A stretch of DNA of 64,000 nt from Squalus acanthias. Lineage: Eukaryota. The stretch spans positions 1,054,001-1,118,000 of the forward strand of contig JASTWF010000035.1 in the NCBI GenBank assembly GCA_030390025.1. Reading direction: 5' to 3'. The notes under the pieces are model-generated. The model saw only the letters and a program-made list of their open reading frames with translations. It was not told where the DNA came from and made no database searches. Position 1 is the first letter of the stretch. Every line of letters begins with the position of its first letter. Made by a program: the position numbers and the translations under genes. Shown piece by piece: positions 60,052-64,000 of this stretch.

Positions 60052-60797
60052 ATGGGACAGTGTAAAGGGAGCTTTACACTGTATCTAACCCATGCTGTAT
60101 CTGCCCTGGGAGAGTTTGATGGGACAGTATAGAGGGAGATTTACTCTGTATCTAACCCGTGCTGTACCTGCCCTGGGAGAGTTTGATGGGACAGTGTAGA
60201 GGGAGCTTTACACTGTATCTAACACATGTTGTATCTGCCCTGGGAGAGTTTGATGGGACAGTGTAGAGGGAGCTTTACACTGTATCTAACACATGTTGTA
60301 TCTGCCCTGGGAATGTTTGACAGGACAGCGTAGAGGGAGATTTACTCCGTACCTAACCCCTGCTGTACCTGCCCAGGGAGTGTTTGGGACAGCGTAGAGG
60401 GAGCTTTACTTTGTATCTAACCCTTTTGCTACCTGCCCTGGGAGTGTTTGATGATTTTGTAGAGGGAGCTTTACACTGTATCTAACCCATGCTGTACTTG
60501 CCCTGGGTGTGTTTGATGGGGCAGTGTAGAGGGAGCTTTACACTGTATCTAACCCATGCTGTACTTGCCCTGGGAGTGTTTGATGGGGCAGTGTAGAGGG
60601 AGCTTTACACTGTATCTAACCCATGCTGTACTTGCCCTGGGTGTGTTTAATGGGACAGTGTAAAGGAAGCTTTACTCTGTATCCATCCCATACTGTACTT
60701 GCCCTGGGTGTGTTTGATGGGACAGTGTAAAGGAAGCTTTACTCTCTCTCTAACCCATACTGTACGGTACCCTTGGAGTGTTTGATGGGACAGTGTA
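60052..60797 (+). repeat. 67-bp tandem repeat, about 11 units
   Basis: Period 67 (60054 vs 60121); GGGACAGTGTAGAGGGAGCTTTACACTGTATCTAACCCATGCTGTACTTGCCCTGGGAGTGTTTGAT. Confidence 0.97.
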
Positions 60798-60824
60798 TCA
60801 TCGAATCATGGAAAGATACTAAAG

Positions 60825-61075
60825 TAATTTTCAAAAGGCATTCGATAAGGTGCCACACAGGAGGTTGTTACACAAGATTAGGGCTCATGTGGGTAATATA
60901 TTAGCATGGATTGACGATTGGTTAATGGACAGAAAACAGAGAGTCGGAATAAACGGGTCATTTTCGTGTTGGCTGGTAGTAACTCGTGGAGTGCCGCAAG
61001 GATCAATGCTTGGGCCTCAGCTATTTACTGGACCGCAGTCTATATCAGTGACTTAGATGAGGGGACTGAGTGTAA
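60825..61075 (+). mobile_element. CR1 RT fragment
   Basis: FQKAFDKVPHRRLL...GVPQGSMLGPQLF. Confidence 0.85.
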
Positions 61076-61332
61076 TCTTCTTCTTCTTCTTAGGCAGTCC
61101 CTCGGAACCGAGGATGACTTGCTTCCACATTAAAAATGAGTTCTCAGGTGACAGATGAGTCCAATGTGGGACCTACAGTCTCTGTCACAGGTGGGGCAGA
61201 CGGTGGTTGAAGGGGCGGGTGGGTGGGGTTCTTGGGTTGACGTGCACTCCTTGCGCTGCCTGCGCTTGGCTTCCGCTTGCTCCCGGCGAAGAGACTCGAG
61301 GTGTTCGACGCCTTCCCGGATGCTTCTCGGAT
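61076..61332 (-). mobile_element. RTE-clade (BovB-like) LINE 3' end
   Basis: AEAKRRQRK...CPTCDRDCRSHIGLICHLRTH C-terminal CCHH finger, short 3' UTR and (AAG)n tail. Confidence 0.8.
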
Positions 61333-61354
61333 GCTTATATGTAATATCTTCAAG

Positions 61355-62215
61355 TTTGCTGAGGCCGAAGCAGTATTTTATAAAGGTTTGGCACAACTTC
61401 CTTGCTTTTGTACTCTATGCCTCTATTAATAAAGCCAAGGACCCCATTTGCTTTTTTAACAGCACCCCTAGGTCTCTCTGTTCATGCACCCCATTTAAAA
61501 TTGTACCATTTCGTTTATATTGCCTCTCCTTATTCTTCCTACTAAAATGTATCACTTAAAACTTCCGTGCGATGCATTGCATCTGCCACGTGTCTGTCTA
61601 TGTCCCCCTGAAGTCTGTTAATATCCACCTCACTGTTTACTACATTTACGAGTTTTGTGTCATCTGCAAACTTTGAAATGATGCCCTGTATACCCAAGTC
61701 CAGGTCATTATTATGTATCAAAAAGAGCAGTGGTCATAATATTGACCTCTAGGGAACACCACTGTATACCAGCCTCCAGTCTGAAAAAACACCATTCACC
61801 ACTACTCTCTGCTTTCTGTCTCTTAGCCAATCCCGTATCCATGCTGCCACTGTCCCTTTAATTCTAAATACTTCAATTTTGCTAACAAGTCTATTATGTG
61901 GTACTTTTGTCAAATGCCTTTTCCAAGTCCATATACACAACATCAACTGCACTACCCTCATCAACTCTCTCCGTTACTTCATCAAAAGAACTCAATTAAG
62001 TTAGTCAAACACGATTTGCCTTTAACTGGCTTTCAGTTATTAACCCATACTTTTTCAAATGCCAATCAATTTTGTCCCGGATTATTGTCTCTAAAGGTTT
62101 CCCCATCACAGACGTTAGGCTGACTGGTCTGCAGTTGCCGGGTTTATCCCTCTCCCCTTTTTTGAACAGGGCTGTAACTTTTGCAATCCACCAGTCCTCT
62201 GGCACCTTCCCCATA
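61355..62215 (-). mobile_element. Degraded CR1 RT fragment
   Basis: VPEDW.IAKVTALFKKG, KVPHNRLV, SGVP remnants. Confidence 0.85.
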
Positions 62216-62479
62216 TGTAGAGGGAGCTTCACTGGACACATCGCACCTACCCGATACAACCCCTTTCAGGGGCACAAACCCCTACCAGACACAACCACCA
62301 TCAGAAGTAATCCTACCCAGCGCACAGAACCTATCCACATATACAACCCTACCCACTGGATAATTTTTCTCTAATATTAGCAAAACTTACAGTAAAAAGT
62401 GTTGTGTTTGTAGAGAGAAGTCTCAGCTCCCAGCAATCCGATCGCTCCAAATAAGGAGTAAAGGTAATCTGGTCCTGGT

Positions 62480-62665
62480 TTTTTTTATTCGTTCATGGGA
62501 CGTGGGCGTCACTGACAAGGCCAGCATTTATTGCCCATCCCTAATTGCTCTTGAGAAGGTGGTGGTGAGCCGCCTTCCTGAACCGCTGCAGTATTTGTTT
62601 GTAGCGGTTTGGTACAACTGAGTGGCTTGCTAGGCCAATTCAGAGGGCGGTTGAGAGTCAACGAC
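62480..62665 (-). mobile_element. SINE 3' half, same tail as 34977-35243 and the 41960 LINE
   Basis: GGGACGTGGGCGTCACTGACAAGGCCAGCATTTATTGCCCATCCC with poly-T on +. Confidence 0.7.
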
Positions 62666-62796
62666 ATAGAGTCATAAGAACATATGAAATAGGAGCAGGA
62701 ATAGGCCATTCGGCCCTTCGAGCCTGCTCCGCCATTCCATGAGATCATGGCTGATCTTCTGCCTCAACTCCATTCACCGGCCCTATCGCCATATCC
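62666..62796 (-). mobile_element. CR1 3' end
   Basis: GAAATAGGAGCAGGAATAGGCCATTCGGCCCTTCGAGCC tail motif. Confidence 0.8.
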
Positions 62797-64000
62797 GTAA
62801 TCTTGTTGTACGGGGACCCTTGGGTCAGAGCGATCATAACATGATCGATTTCTCACTCGAAATGGAGAGCGAAGAAATTGACTCAGATACTAAGGTCCTG
62901 AATTTAAACAAGGGGAATTATGATGCCATTAGACGGGAACTGAGTAGGTATGATTGGACAACGTTCCTGGGAGGACTGGAGGTAGATAAACAATGGCAAG
63001 CATTTAAAGATAGAATGACAAAATTGCAAAAATTGTTTATACCAATCTGGCATAAAAGGAAATCTAAAAAGGAGACTCAACCGTGGATAACAGGGGAAAT
63101 TAGAGACAGCATAAAATCCAAAGATAGGGCGTATAAAATAGCCAAAAAAAGCGCCAGAGCGGAAGATTGGGAACAGTTTAAGATAGAGCAAAGGAGGACA
63201 AAGGGCTTAATCAAGAGGGGCAAAATAGCTTACGAAAGCAAGCTGGCGGAAAATATAAAAACTAACTCCAAAAGCTTTTATAAGTATATCAAGAGGAAAA
63301 GACTGGTGAAAACCAAAGTTGGTCCATTGCAGTCAGATACGGGGGAATATATAACGGGAAATAAAGAAATGGCAGACCAACTAAATGCATACTTTGGGTC
63401 AGTCTTTACGAAGGAAGACACAAAAAACCTCCCTGGGATATCGGGAAAAATAGGGACATTTGCAAAGGAGGAACTGACGCAAGTCAATATCTCTAAGGAT
63501 ATGGTGTTAAGGAAGCTAAAGGGATTGAAGGTGGACAAATCCCCAGGGCCTGATAACATGCATCCTAGGGTGCTGAAGGAGGTGGCCCTAGAGATAGCGG
63601 ATGCACTAAGTATGATTTTTCAGAATTCATTAGACTCGGGAACAGTGCCCATGGATTGGAGGGTAGCTAACGTTACCCCACTATTCAAAAAGGGGGGTAG
63701 GGAAAAAGCAGGTAATTACAGACCTGTAAGCCTTACATCAGTTGTGGGCAAAATGCTGGAGTCCATCATTAAGGATGAAATAGCGGAGCACTTAGCAAAT
63801 GGGGACAGGATAGGACAGAGTCAACATGGATTTACAAAGGGTAAATCGTGCTTGACTAATCTATTGGAATTTTTTGAGGGAGTAACTGGTAAAATAGATG
63901 GGGGAGAGCCAGTAGATGTGGTGTACCTGGACTTCCAAAAGGCCTTCGATAAGGTCCCACATAAAAGATTAGCAGGGAAAATTGAAGCTCATGGGATAAA
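62797..64000 (+). mobile_element. 5'-truncated CR1 ORF2, near-identical to the copy at 16105-20010; runs off the window end
   Basis: Reverse complement of about 17230-18435 with only a handful of substitutions noticed. Confidence 0.96.

Noticed and set aside
62220..62470. Possible LINE 5' UTR or ADAM exon 4
   Set aside because: No phase-2 exon with ADAM prodomain similarity found; origin undetermined.

Overview
Eukaryotic, repeat-saturated vertebrate DNA, most likely a cartilaginous fish judging by the CR1, Deu-SINE and Penelope repertoire; species not determinable from sequence. The only host gene signal is three short + strand exons missed or only partly covered by the ORF track: 13922-14141, 34216-34325 and 59822-59898. 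They splice in frame into the signal peptide and prodomain of an ADAM-family metalloprotease, with introns of about 20 kb and 25.5 kb. Almost everything else is repetitive. (1) Four tandem-repeat families: an 11.9-kb 33/36-bp satellite apparently derived from a Deu-type SINE segment, plus 24/25-bp, 32-bp and 67-bp arrays, one about 100-150 bp from each exon. (2) Many CR1 LINEs, including one with an intact APE-RT ORF2 and an SGNH-esterase ORF1, a near-identical second copy, and a subfamily with a doubled 3' tail. (3) Two full-length PIF/Harbinger transposons (transposase plus spliced Myb/SANT gene), derived MITEs and a third Harbinger family. (4) A solo LTR, a Penelope-like insertion with inverted hammerhead-ribozyme repeats, and L2, RTE and SINE fragments. 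All long ORFs in 1-12 kb and 14.7-16 kb are satellite artefacts. No prokaryotic system, CRISPR array or demonstrably novel protein family is supported. The most novel-looking items are TE-level architectures: a promoter-only Harbinger MITE, one such MITE abutting an ORF2-intact CR1, a doubled CR1 tail, and exon-adjacent minisatellites.
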